In this document: piece after piece, positions 1 to 10,366 of the stretch
How positions within the stretch are numbered: the stretch's first letter is position 1
Layout of the letters: each line of letters starts with the position of its first letter
DNA from: a virus
Taxonomy: Duplodnaviria; Heunggongvirae; Uroviricota; Caudoviricetes
IMG/VR virus record: IMGVR_UViG_2667527827_000004
Location: 1-20,206 of that record
Reading direction: 5' to 3' (one strand)
DNA: 20,206 bases
Position numbers and translations under genes: made by a program
The notes under the pieces: generated by a model
The model's input: the letters and a program-made list of their open reading frames with translations, nothing else
What the model was told of the DNA's origin: nothing
Databases searched by the model: none

Positions 1-375
1 CTAACAAGATAAACTCGCAGGATTCTCTTTCGTCGCATTGACAAAACAACGGAATAGTCGATTACCTGACTTCCGCCATTTCTGAAGATCCTGCATATTA
101 ATACCATAACTACTGAACAACATAAAGGTGTCATCCAGATATTCGTCGATCTGCTCAATGAGCTTATTGTCTTCATTATACTTAATTTTGTAATTAAGTG
201 CGAAGGTCGCAATATGCTCAATCAGTTCATTCAACTGGAGGTTGATCGCCGAGGTTGGGTCGTTTACCCAGCCATGATTGCTTTCTTCAAGGTTTGCAAG
301 GCAGTCATGATACAGGGTTTCACAGAGAAACTTAAGCTGTGCGATATCATGTCTTTTGGGTGAGTATTCATCCAT
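1..375 (-). CDS. tomB: Hha toxicity modulator TomB (YbaJ), complete
   Basis: 124-aa ORF MDEYSPKRHDIAQLKFLCETLYHDC... matches E. coli TomB over full length by recall. RBS-like AAGGGGA lies 6 nt upstream of the ATG at 375; stop codon at 1..3. Confidence 0.92.
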   Translation of the reverse strand: MDEYSPKRHDIAQLKFLCETLYHDCLANLEESNHGWVNDPTSAINLQLNELIEHIATFALNYKIKYNEDNKLIEQIDEYLDDTFMLFSSYGINMQDLQKWRKSGNRLFRCFVNATKENPASLSC

Positions 376-879
376 AACGCGTCCCCTTCTTAGCGGTTGA
401 ACTAACGGACACCTTTCGGGATGGAAAAAACTTACTGACCTGGACTTGCCCTCTCGTTTGTTAGCTTAACTATAAGCCACTCTTTGCAGGTTTTCATCGC
501 ATTATTACGAAAAATTACAATTAGGAAGGAAGCGGGACAGGACTCACTTTTTCATACTAGCACTAACCCGCAGCAGGTAAAAGCAGTTTGCTCGAACTAT
601 TCATAACATTTCAGGATTATCGCCAGATGAAATTGGTGACACTAATACCAGGATTGCTCTGAATATGACGTAATAACCGAGGAATGAATAAAGAATTACC
701 GCAAATAATTAAGAATAGCCTCTAAATGATTATGGATTATTAAATCTATTAGCGCTACTTAATATAAATTAACTAACAATCAGTATTTTTTATGAATTTT
801 ATCCGTGGTTAATACTGGTTTTCGTATGAGATCCTGAGTTGGTGGTTCAATTACTCCTTAATGTTCGTAGGTTATGCAT

Positions 880-901
880 AAAAAAGGCCGCTTACGCGGC
901 C
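880..901 (-). terminator. Rho-independent terminator downstream of acrB
   Basis: Perfect 6-bp GC-rich stem GGCCGC/GCGGCC with 4-nt loop (886..901); A-run 880..885 on plus is a T6 run on the minus strand directly after the hairpin. Lies 20 nt past the acrB stop (921..923). Confidence 0.7.
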
Positions 902-920
902 TTAGTGATTACACGTTGTA

Positions 921-3475
<2,555 letters not shown>

Positions 3476-3485
3476 NNNNNNNNNN
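3476..3485. other. Assembly/scaffold gap (10 N) joining two unrelated sequences
   Basis: Run of 10 n characters. Flanking sequence switches from acrB codon ~199 to codon 100 of a phage tail gene L homolog, a junction with no biological logic. Confidence 0.95.
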
Positions 3486-3785
3486 TCCGACCAGACTCTG
3501 CAGGTCTTCCGCCATCGCGGTGACCATGCCGTGCAGGTTAGAAACCGTCAGTGTCGGACGGGCAGCACTGCCCTTGCCGTTCAGTTCAAATCCCGTCCCC
3601 TGAATGGGATACGCCTGATACTGTCGCCCCTGCCAGGTGATCGGCTCACCTTTTTCGTTCTGCTCATTACAGAAAAAATAACGTTCTCCACCGACCACTG
3701 TCAGATCGATTTCCCAGAGCACCACCTGGGCTGACTGAGTGAGGCGTGTCGTCTCATGATGTGTTTCCTGTGGAATATCCTGCAT
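3486..3785 (-). CDS. L: Minor tail protein L (lambda gpL-like), N-terminal 100 codons only, 3'-truncated by gap
   Basis: MQDIPQETHHETTRLTQSAQVVLWEIDLTVVGGERYFFCNEQNEKGEPITWQGRQYQAYPIQGTGFELNGKGS... closely matches the lambda gpL N-terminus by recall. It sits in the expected position after M. Confidence 0.85.
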
Positions 3786-3794
3786 CAGAGACTC

Positions 3795-4124
3795 CTATGC
3801 CACGACCTGTTCAAAATCTGCCGTTATGGTTACCCACAACGCCCCCACGCTTGCCGACCATTTACGACAAACCACCCTGATCGGCTTCCAGTCATAAGGT
3901 GGCGTCCACTGAAATGCGCGGACGCCACCGTGCCGTTCCAGAAAGGCTTTTAAAGATGGGTGTTCACATTTACGAACACGTATCGTCACGCTGTAAGTCG
4001 ACAACTGGTTATTCAGTCCCGCCGCACGACGCTGTTCATAACCATCGCCCAGCTTCACTGTCACCACTTTCGGCTCTGATACCACATTCATATCCGGGCG
4101 CACTTTCCAGTGAAACGTCTCCAT
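3795..4124 (-). CDS. M: Minor tail protein M (lambda gpM-like)
   Basis: 109 aa, the same length as lambda gpM, with a clear match by recall (lambda MKTFRWKVKPGMDVASVPSVRKVRFGDGYSQRA... versus METFHWKVRPDMNVVSEPKVVTVKLGDGYEQRR...). Its start overlaps the H stop codon (ATGA). Confidence 0.9.
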   Translation of the reverse strand: METFHWKVRPDMNVVSEPKVVTVKLGDGYEQRRAAGLNNQLSTYSVTIRVRKCEHPSLKAFLERHGGVRAFQWTPPYDWKPIRVVCRKWSASVGALWVTITADFEQVVA

Positions 4125-7100
4125 TACCGATATGCTCCACTTAACCGACCACCATCACGGGCCTGCTGTTGCATAAAGTCCGCTGCCGCTTTTTTCCCAA
4201 GGTCATAAACCACCTTCAGGGCAGCCGGACCTATCTGCCCGTTCGTGCCATCGTTATTGATCTCGATGTTGTACTGCGGGGCAAACATCGCCATACCTGA
4301 ACCACCAATATCCGCCACAACCCCCAGCTTACCGTCAGCACCACGACGCAGTGGCAGAATGGCTTCAGGTCCCGCTTCCCCCATCACACCCGCGCCTTTT
4401 GCAAAAGCAAAAAACGTCGGACGGTTAACCACCGTGCCACTGTAACGACTCAAATCAGCAGACTGATAAATCCCCCCATTGGCATTCAGGGAAAGGCTGC
4501 TGAGATCAAATCCCAGTACACTGCCAATCCCTTTTATCGATTTCATCATGGTTGCCTGCGCCAGGATTTTCGCCATATCTGACAGCACCGAAGAGGTGAA
4601 GGATTTGAAGTTGAGTTTGCCGGTAGTGACAAAAGTTGCCAGGCCATTTCCCATGTTGCTGAAGGCTGACGAGAACACCTGTTCTGCTGTTCCTGCCGTA
4701 TTGTCTGCATCCACGGTAAAATCCTGAAATGCACGCAGGACTCCGTTTTTCCAGTTACCCTGCACAACTTCAAGCTGTTGCCAGTAACGGCGATTCTCAT
4801 TCAGTTGTCGGTTCAGGCTCTCCGTCAGCGCCTGCTCGGCCTTTCTGTAGTCATCCGTGTTATATGTCCCTTTCTGCTCACTATCCCGCCTCAACTGCTC
4901 CAGCTGTTGCTGGTATTTCTGGCGAAGACTCAGTTGTACCTGATATCGCTGCCGCTGCTGATCACCCATACCCACCGTGGCGATATCCAGGTCATGTTGC
5001 TGACGCTGAGCGAGCTCTTCTTCAGCCAGTTGACTGGTCAGCTGAATTGTTTTTTTCTTCAGATCGTTGAGTGCCGTCTGTTTCTGAAGCTCCTGCTGTT
5101 TTACATCCAGCAGCGTCAGTGCCTGAATCAGTTCATCTTTACGGGCCAGCACACTCTTTTCATCTGCCGTCAGTTTTTTCCCGTCCAGATCGCTGATGCG
5201 CTGCTGCAGAGCCAGAAGCTGTTTATGCGCTTCTGTCATCTTTTCAGTGGCAATGCCTGCTGACTGTCTTGCAGCAGCAATCTGTCCTTCCACCTGTGCC
5301 TGTTGCTGACTGTACTGCAGCAATAACCGGGTGGCCTCATCATTACGGGTTTCGCGTGTTTTTTTCTTACCGGATGCCAGGGCTTTCTCGTAACGTTCAT
5401 TTTCACGTTGTATCGCTGCATCCCTGACAGCCTGATCGGCGTACTGCATGGCATTAATACGCGCAATTTCACGCTGATGTCGTGCTGCTTCCGTTTCATT
5501 CATCCGGTTCAGTGCAGCATTTTCAGCATTACGTCGTTTCTGTTGCTCCTGATAATTCCGCTCTGCCTGCTCTTTTGCATCCTGCAAATCCTTCTGGCGT
5601 TTTTTCTCCTGAAGATCGTTAAGACGCTGCTGATCGTATTCAACCTGAGAAGATGATGCCGTCCAGGGGAGTCTTTTCGCCCGCGACACTTTCTCCTGTA
5701 AAGCGGCAATCTGTTCATCCAGCGAGTCTTCACGACCAATATTCATGGCCGCATCCCAGAAACGACTCCATAAATCAGACAGATACTTCAGCGTACTGCC
5801 AAGCGCATTGAGGTTATTATCAATATCCGCAGTACGCCGACCGGTTTCCTCTGCCAGTGCAGACATGGCTATCCGTGCAGCATCACTGGACCGTCCCTGA
5901 TCCCCAAGGACACGTATCTGCTCAAGCTGAGTGGCAGTAAGAAAATGCAGCTCATTGTCCAGAGCCTTCGCGGCATTTACAGGATCATCCTTCAGCCGCT
6001 TAAACTGATTTATGGTATCGCTGACCGACTGGCCAACCGATCGCTCCATCTGTGCGGCAGCTCTCGCCACCATACCGATATCGTTTCCACGAAATGCACC
6101 ACTCCCCACCACCTGAGCCAGCACACCGGCTGCAGCATGTTGCGTGATACCATTCCCGGAAATAGCACGACTGAGCGTCCACAGCTGCCCGGCAGTGACT
6201 CCGGCATAATGCCCCGTCAGCGACAACTGGCGGTTAAATTCTTCCCCCTCCTTCTGACCGTCATACCAGGCTTTACCCAGACCATAGACGGACGCGGCAA
6301 TACCGCCAATAACCCCGCCAAGCATCATGCCTTTCGGTGACATCAGAGTGTCTATCCATCCGGCACGGTTAGCCAGCGTTATCCCGGATCCCCTCAGCGC
6401 CCCTAAATTGCCGCGGGCCAGTTCACCTATCAGAACGCCTATCTCCTGGCGGGCCGCTGCACTTTTCAGACCCAGCGAATGCGTGGCTTTTCCTGCCTGC
6501 TCCATTTTGCGGATATACACTTCTGCAGCACTGCTTACCCCCAGCTGGGCAGCCTTAGCACGAAGCAACTCAGAAGAAGAAAGATTCTGGCGGGTTGCCT
6601 GCTCTTTAAGCTGACGGATAAACGCCACTTTCTGTCGGGTAGCCTCTTCCTCAGCCTGCGTAAGAACACGGGTTTTCGCCGTAACCTCAGAAATCAGCGC
6701 CAGATAATCCTGCTGACCAATCCCGCCACTGTTTCTGGCCTGTCGGATCTGCTGCTGAATACGCTGTAATTCCTGCAGCCCCGCACTGGCCTGTTTCACA
6801 CTGTCAATCTGACGATAAAACGCAGCAGCTGCTTTATCCTGAGCCTCCGCCAGAGCCATGGCCTGCGCCTGTTCCTCGCGCATTTTCTGGCTCAGTGCCT
6901 CCATACGCTGGCGGGTTTTCTCCACCTCGCGGGCCATGCGTTCATGAGCCTGTGCGTTCTTCTCCACCGTCTGCGCATGGACGGATGCGGCTGTTGCAGC
7001 CGAAGACGCCGCCTGCGTTGTCTGCCGGGCGGCCTGAGTCTGACGCTCCATAAAACGCTGCATACGGGCAGAAGACCGTTCTGCATCGCTGGCTGCACCA

Positions 7101-7189
7101 TTCAGAAGGTTTTTGATACGGGGAATTTCATTTTTAAACTCTGCCGCATCAATCCCCAAATCAATGACCAGGTTGGCTATCTGGTCCAT
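4124..7189 (-). CDS. H: Tail tape measure protein (lambda gpH-like)
   Basis: Very long Ala/Gln/Arg-rich coiled-coil-like ORF between T and M. After the likely start it reads MDQIANLVIDLGIDAAEF, resembling the lambda H N-terminus (LVVDLSLDAARF). I favour the ATG at 7189 (GGAGG 8 nt upstream) over the ORF-track start at 7219, which is actually a TTG codon. Confidence 0.85.
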   Translation of the reverse strand: MDQIANLVIDLGIDAAEFKNEIPRIKNLLNGAASDAERSSARMQRFMERQTQAARQTTQAASSAATAASVHAQTVEKNAQAHERMAREVEKTRQRMEALSQKMREEQAQAMALAEAQDKAAAAFYRQIDSVKQASAGLQELQRIQQQIRQARNSGGIGQQDYLALISEVTAKTRVLTQAEEEATRQKVAFIRQLKEQATRQNLSSSELLRAKAAQLGVSSAAEVYIRKMEQAGKATHSLGLKSAAARQEIGVLIGELARGNLGALRGSGITLANRAGWIDTLMSPKGMMLGGVIGGIAASVYGLGKAWYDGQKEGEEFNRQLSLTGHYAGVTAGQLWTLSRAISGNGITQHAAAGVLAQVVGSGAFRGNDIGMVARAAAQMERSVGQSVSDTINQFKRLKDDPVNAAKALDNELHFLTATQLEQIRVLGDQGRSSDAARIAMSALAEETGRRTADIDNNLNALGSTLKYLSDLWSRFWDAAMNIGREDSLDEQIAALQEKVSRAKRLPWTASSSQVEYDQQRLNDLQEKKRQKDLQDAKEQAERNYQEQQKRRNAENAALNRMNETEAARHQREIARINAMQYADQAVRDAAIQRENERYEKALASGKKKTRETRNDEATRLLLQYSQQQAQVEGQIAAARQSAGIATEKMTEAHKQLLALQQRISDLDGKKLTADEKSVLARKDELIQALTLLDVKQQELQKQTALNDLKKKTIQLTSQLAEEELAQRQQHDLDIATVGMGDQQRQRYQVQLSLRQKYQQQLEQLRRDSEQKGTYNTDDYRKAEQALTESLNRQLNENRRYWQQLEVVQGNWKNGVLRAFQDFTVDADNTAGTAEQVFSSAFSNMGNGLATFVTTGKLNFKSFTSSVLSDMAKILAQATMMKSIKGIGSVLGFDLSSLSLNANGGIYQSADLSRYSGTVVNRPTFFAFAKGAGVMGEAGPEAILPLRRGADGKLGVVADIGGSGMAMFAPQYNIEINNDGTNGQIGPAALKVVYDLGKKAAADFMQQQARDGGRLSGAYR

Positions 7190-7490
7190 AACGCACACCT
7201 CCGGAAATACCTTCCCCAAGATGCATCAGTTCTTCGTCCGTTCGCTCCGGTATCCCGTTCTCTTCCGGTAAAAGGCTGAAATCAGCCACCGCAGCATCAC
7301 TGCTGCCGGACACCATTCTCACGATCAATGCCTTCAGCGAGGCAAACTGCGCATCCATCCACACATCACTGAAGCTCTGCATCCGGAAATAATCGCCCCA
7401 CTCACCAAGCTCAGTGGCCGACATTTCCGACAGCATCCGCCGCCAGTCTGCCCGCCTGAACTCCCGGGCAAGCCGCATGACAAACTGCAT
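7161..7490 (-). CDS. T: Tail assembly chaperone T segment (expressed as G-T fusion by -1 frameshift)
   Basis: ORF lies in the -1 frame relative to G and is open from 7523, overlapping the last codons of G. Position between G and H is as in lambda. See the finding on the slippery site. Confidence 0.7.
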   Translation of the reverse strand: MQFVMRLAREFRRADWRRMLSEMSATELGEWGDYFRMQSFSDVWMDAQFASLKALIVRMVSGSSDAAVADFSLLPEENGIPERTDEELMHLGEGISGGVRYGPDSQPGH

Positions 7491-7498
7491 TTCCCGCG

Positions 7499-7888
7499 TC
7501 AGGACTTTTCCGGCGTCAGCACCTCATGCTCCAAATCCCCGGCATTCTCAATGGCTCCCATACCGCTCAGCGACAGAACCATCTCCGCCCCCGCTCCCAG
7601 GGCATCATACGACCATGTTGTAATAACGGATGCGCAAAGCGTCTCAACATCCTGAGACTGTTCCGCATTCCACAGTGAGCGGGAAACCAGCCAGGCATTG
7701 ATATCCATCCCCATCCGCAGAAAAGCAATCTGTCGTTCAGCCTCCGGCAGTTCTCCCTCTTCGGCATCAAACTTTGCCGTTCGCTGCTGAACAAACGCCA
7801 GATATTCAATTCTCTGCAGCCCGGACAGCTCACTGAGCACCACGGACTGCTTTTCATAATTAAACGTGCCCTGTTTCAGAAACATCAT
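7499..7888 (-). CDS. G: Tail assembly chaperone G (lambda gpG-like)
   Basis: MMFLKQGTFNYEKQSVVLSELSGLQRIEYLAF... resembles lambda gpG (MFLKTESFEHNGVTVTLSELSALQRIEHLAL...). Start taken at the ATGATG at 7888, downstream of GGTGGAG; the ORF-track start at 7927 is an N-terminal extension. Confidence 0.85.
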   Translation of the reverse strand: MMFLKQGTFNYEKQSVVLSELSGLQRIEYLAFVQQRTAKFDAEEGELPEAERQIAFLRMGMDINAWLVSRSLWNAEQSQDVETLCASVITTWSYDALGAGAEMVLSLSGMGAIENAGDLEHEVLTPEKS

Positions 7889-7901
7889 GTTCTCCACCTG
7901 C

Positions 7902-7925
7902 AAAAAAGCCCCGGATAACCGGGGC
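7902..7925 (-). terminator. Rho-independent terminator/attenuator between V and G
   Basis: Hairpin GCCCCGG-ATAA-CCGGGGC (7908..7925); A-run 7902..7907 on plus gives T6 after the hairpin on the minus strand. Lies in the 57-nt V-G spacer. Confidence 0.6.
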
Positions 7926-7945
7926 AAATGATGAGTATCGTCCTG

Positions 7946-8689
7946 TTAACCTGCGGCGCTGACAGCCACCGCAGCCACTGCCACAAAATCGCCGTCAGAA
8001 GTCATGCCCACAATGCTGACACTGCCCTGCTTCACGCCTTTCACCGTGGCCACAAGCCCGTTCAGGGTCACCGTGGCAGTCTGTGGATCTGTCGAATGCA
8101 CACTGATCGCTTTGTCACTGGCTCCGTCAGGTTTTACTGTAAAGGTCAGCGTGGTGGTTGCTCCCACTTTTACACTGGCAGATGCCGGTGCCACCGTCAG
8201 CCCGGTAACGCTCACTGTTTCAGTGCCTTCCTCTGCCAGATACGGACGCCCCACACCGCTGATTTTCACTGTGTGGGTCATCACGTCTTTTGAGGCAATG
8301 GTTTTACCCAGTGAGCTCAGCCAGCCACGGAAAACATCAACAGTGCCGTTGGGATATTTGATACGAAACGCGCAGACTTCACCGGAGTCGAACAACTGAA
8401 CCAGTTTTTTCTGTCCGCTGTCACCCGGACGCCAGGCCAGCGTCGCCGAAGTATCACCGACGGATTTCTGCCCCTGGGTTGTCGTTTTCCAGTCTGCATC
8501 TTCATCATCGAGATAAGTGTCATCTTCTGCATCAGCGGTCATTTCGCCAGGTTGCAGATCCTTCACCATCGCAAGACGCAGCCAGTCAGTGTCCGATAAA
8601 GGGTTCGCAAACGCATCGCCCTTGCCGGTGTACATCCAGAACGTCGTTCCCGCACCTTTCGTTTTTGCCAGTGGATTTGGTGTGGTCAT
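7946..8689 (-). CDS. V: Major tail protein V (lambda gpV-like) with C-terminal Ig-like domain
   Basis: MTTPNPLAKTKGAGTTFWMYTGKGDAFANPLSDTDWLRLAMVKDL... matches lambda gpV ([36 protein letters not shown]...) by recall. Start ATG at 8689 is preceded by AGGAGG with 5-nt spacing; the ORF-track start at 8695 is a GTG two codons upstream. Confidence 0.9.
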   Translation of the reverse strand: MTTPNPLAKTKGAGTTFWMYTGKGDAFANPLSDTDWLRLAMVKDLQPGEMTADAEDDTYLDDEDADWKTTTQGQKSVGDTSATLAWRPGDSGQKKLVQLFDSGEVCAFRIKYPNGTVDVFRGWLSSLGKTIASKDVMTHTVKISGVGRPYLAEEGTETVSVTGLTVAPASASVKVGATTTLTFTVKPDGASDKAISVHSTDPQTATVTLNGLVATVKGVKQGSVSIVGMTSDGDFVAVAAVAVSAAG

Positions 8690-8700
8690 TGCCACCTCCT

Positions 8701-9114
8701 TTAATTCGTGTACGTGATCTGGTACGTGATTTCCGCCATCGCCCAGGTGGCCATCTCATTATCACGTTGATAGTTAAAACCGAGAGGGATCAGGGTGTCG
8801 ATGAGTCCGGAAAGTGCCGGTATATCATTCAGAGCCGGGAAAATGGTGCTCTCCATCCACATATCCAGCTCTGAATCCGGTGCCTGTGCCCGGATGAAGA
8901 CAGCAATATGCAGAACAGCCTGCCAGTCATCTTCATCCGTCATTTTTCCGGTGTACTGAGCATCACTCAGCCACACCGCCACGGCAGGCAGTTCCTGCGC
9001 ATCAATAAATGCCGGAAGCCCGTCAAAAAACGTGGCGCTGTCTCCACACTGTTCCCGAAGGCGTGCCAGTACGGCCTGGCGGATTTGTGTATGTCGGTTC
9101 ATCGGGTCAGCCAT
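8701..9114 (-). CDS. U: Tail terminator protein U (lambda gpU-like)
   Basis: ...ATFFDGLPAFIDAQELPAVAVWLSDAQYTG...WQAVLHIAVFIRAQAPDSELDMWMESTIFPALNDIPALSGLI... matches lambda gpU (ATFFDGRPAVFDEADFPAVAVYLTGAEYTG...DSELDAWMESRIYPVMSDIPALSDLI). Start is either the ATG at 9114 or the ATG at 9102, which overlaps the Z stop as ATGA. Confidence 0.85.
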   Translation of the reverse strand: MADPMNRHTQIRQAVLARLREQCGDSATFFDGLPAFIDAQELPAVAVWLSDAQYTGKMTDEDDWQAVLHIAVFIRAQAPDSELDMWMESTIFPALNDIPALSGLIDTLIPLGFNYQRDNEMATWAMAEITYQITYTN

Positions 9115-9677
9115 AACCTCAGTTGTTGTTTCAGTGCATACCCCAGCTGTTTCGGCATTTCCGCAGCAATGATGCGGTCGCGGGCATCTTCAAATGCCTG
9201 TGTCAGCGGTCCGGAAAGCGGGATTTTCACCACATCAATGGGGTAACGATTTTTGCCATCAATACGCCGCATCACATGCCAGCGACCATTCGCCAGTTGC
9301 TGAATAAACGCATCCCGGAAAAGATATTTACCCACCTTCAGCACACTGCCACGGTACTGCAGTTTTCCACCACGCCGGGCCAGTCTGACCCGGGCTGTCC
9401 CCAGCTTAATGGCGGGCAGATTGCCCCGGTTAACGCGGATCCTGGCCGTCATTTTTCCTGACGGACTGGCTTTAAACACCCGGACACGCTGACGTACCAG
9501 TTTCAGGGGGATCCCTTTCACCTGGTTATCTCCCGCAACGGTATTCCCGGCAACCTGCCGGGTGGCAACCGAGACCGCTTTCTGTGCCACACGGTTTATC
9601 GCCCATGCGCTGGCCTGTGGCACCATACGGGTATCAAGGCTGTTCAGATTGCGGATGGCATTCTCAAGCCCCTTCAT
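9099..9677 (-). CDS. Minor tail protein Z-like (tail completion)
   Basis: 192 aa, basic, positioned between FII-like and U as in lambda (lambda gpZ length quoted from memory, not checked). AGAGG RBS 6 nt upstream of the ATG at 9677. Assignment rests on synteny and size rather than remembered sequence. Confidence 0.6.
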   Translation of the reverse strand: MKGLENAIRNLNSLDTRMVPQASAWAINRVAQKAVSVATRQVAGNTVAGDNQVKGIPLKLVRQRVRVFKASPSGKMTARIRVNRGNLPAIKLGTARVRLARRGGKLQYRGSVLKVGKYLFRDAFIQQLANGRWHVMRRIDGKNRYPIDVVKIPLSGPLTQAFEDARDRIIAAEMPKQLGYALKQQLRLWLTR

Positions 9678-9688
9678 CCCACACCTCT

Positions 9689-9964
9689 TTACTCAATAAA
9701 GATCATTGGCTTACCGTTAAAACGTTCATGCCGTGTGACCGTCCATTGTTGTCCGTCATAAACAACGCGATCCCCGCGCCGTGGGCGGTATCCCGAAGAA
9801 AACACCACCAGAGAGACCGCAGGTCCGGACAGAGCATTCAGCTCTGCCAGTGTTTCGCCCGGGATCACAGCCATATCGACATCATTAATCGAGGCTGTCT
9901 TTCCCATCTTTCTGACCGTGATCGCATCCATACGCGCTGCCAGCCGGGAAAAGGGATCAGACAT
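9689..9964 (-). CDS. Head-tail joining protein (lambda FII-like)
   Basis: 91-aa ORF between the decoration-like gene and Z. Its C-terminal half (PRRGDRVVYDGQQWTVTRHERFNG) loosely resembles the lambda gpFII motif (LRRGDTLTIGEENFWVDRV). Weak by-eye similarity plus synteny. Confidence 0.55.
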   Translation of the reverse strand: MSDPFSRLAARMDAITVRKMGKTASINDVDMAVIPGETLAELNALSGPAVSLVVFSSGYRPRRGDRVVYDGQQWTVTRHERFNGKPMIFIE

Positions 9965-10280
9965 TGAGTTTTACCGGCACTTCTTCTGCACTGGTTCCGG
10001 CATCTGCCCAGACAACCCCGACCAGCGGATCAGAGCCGCTGTTAGTCAGCTGAACTTTTCCGGACTTCAGATAAACCTTCTTACCCGTTTTCATGTCATC
10101 CGTTTTCAGTTTAGGCAGGATAAACACACCTTCGGTCATGCCGTCGCCTGTTTCACCCTGTGGAATATCGGTCAGCGCCACCGCAAAAACATCACCCACC
10201 TGCACCAGATCTCCGCTGCTGATGGCTGCACTGGCAACAATCGCCACCGTTTTTCCTTCTTCTACAAAATTCTTTGCCAT
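9957..10280 (-). CDS. DUF2190-like putative head decoration/cement protein
   Basis: MAKNFVEEGKTVAIVASAAISSGDLVQVGDVFAVALTDIPQGETGDG... is a small Gly/Val/Ala-rich protein encoded immediately after the capsid gene. Start ATG at 10280 is preceded by GGAGA; the ORF-track start at 10325 is an extension. Confidence 0.5.
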   Translation of the reverse strand: MAKNFVEEGKTVAIVASAAISSGDLVQVGDVFAVALTDIPQGETGDGMTEGVFILPKLKTDDMKTGKKVYLKSGKVQLTNSGSDPLVGVVWADAGTSAEEVPVKLNV

Positions 10281-10323
10281 AACTGTCTCCGCACAGCCCC
10301 GTTCAGGGGCTGATTTCAGGTAC

Positions 10324-10345
10324 AAAAAAAGCCCTTACGGGCCAT
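10324..10345 (-). terminator. Hairpin plus T-run immediately after the capsid gene (putative attenuator)
   Basis: On the minus strand GCCCGTAAGGGC forms a 4-bp stem with a 4-nt loop, followed by T7 (plus A-run 10324..10330), about 22 nt after the capsid stop at 10367. A second hairpin CAGCCCC-GTTC-AGGGGCTG lies at 10294..10312. Confidence 0.5.
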
Positions 10346-10366
10346 CAGAGTTGTTGTCTGCGACGT

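Noticed and set aside
4778-6769. Several 80-160-aa plus-strand ORFs inside the tape measure gene
   Set aside because: All are antisense to the H gene, have low-complexity translations, and show no RBS or recognisable motif.
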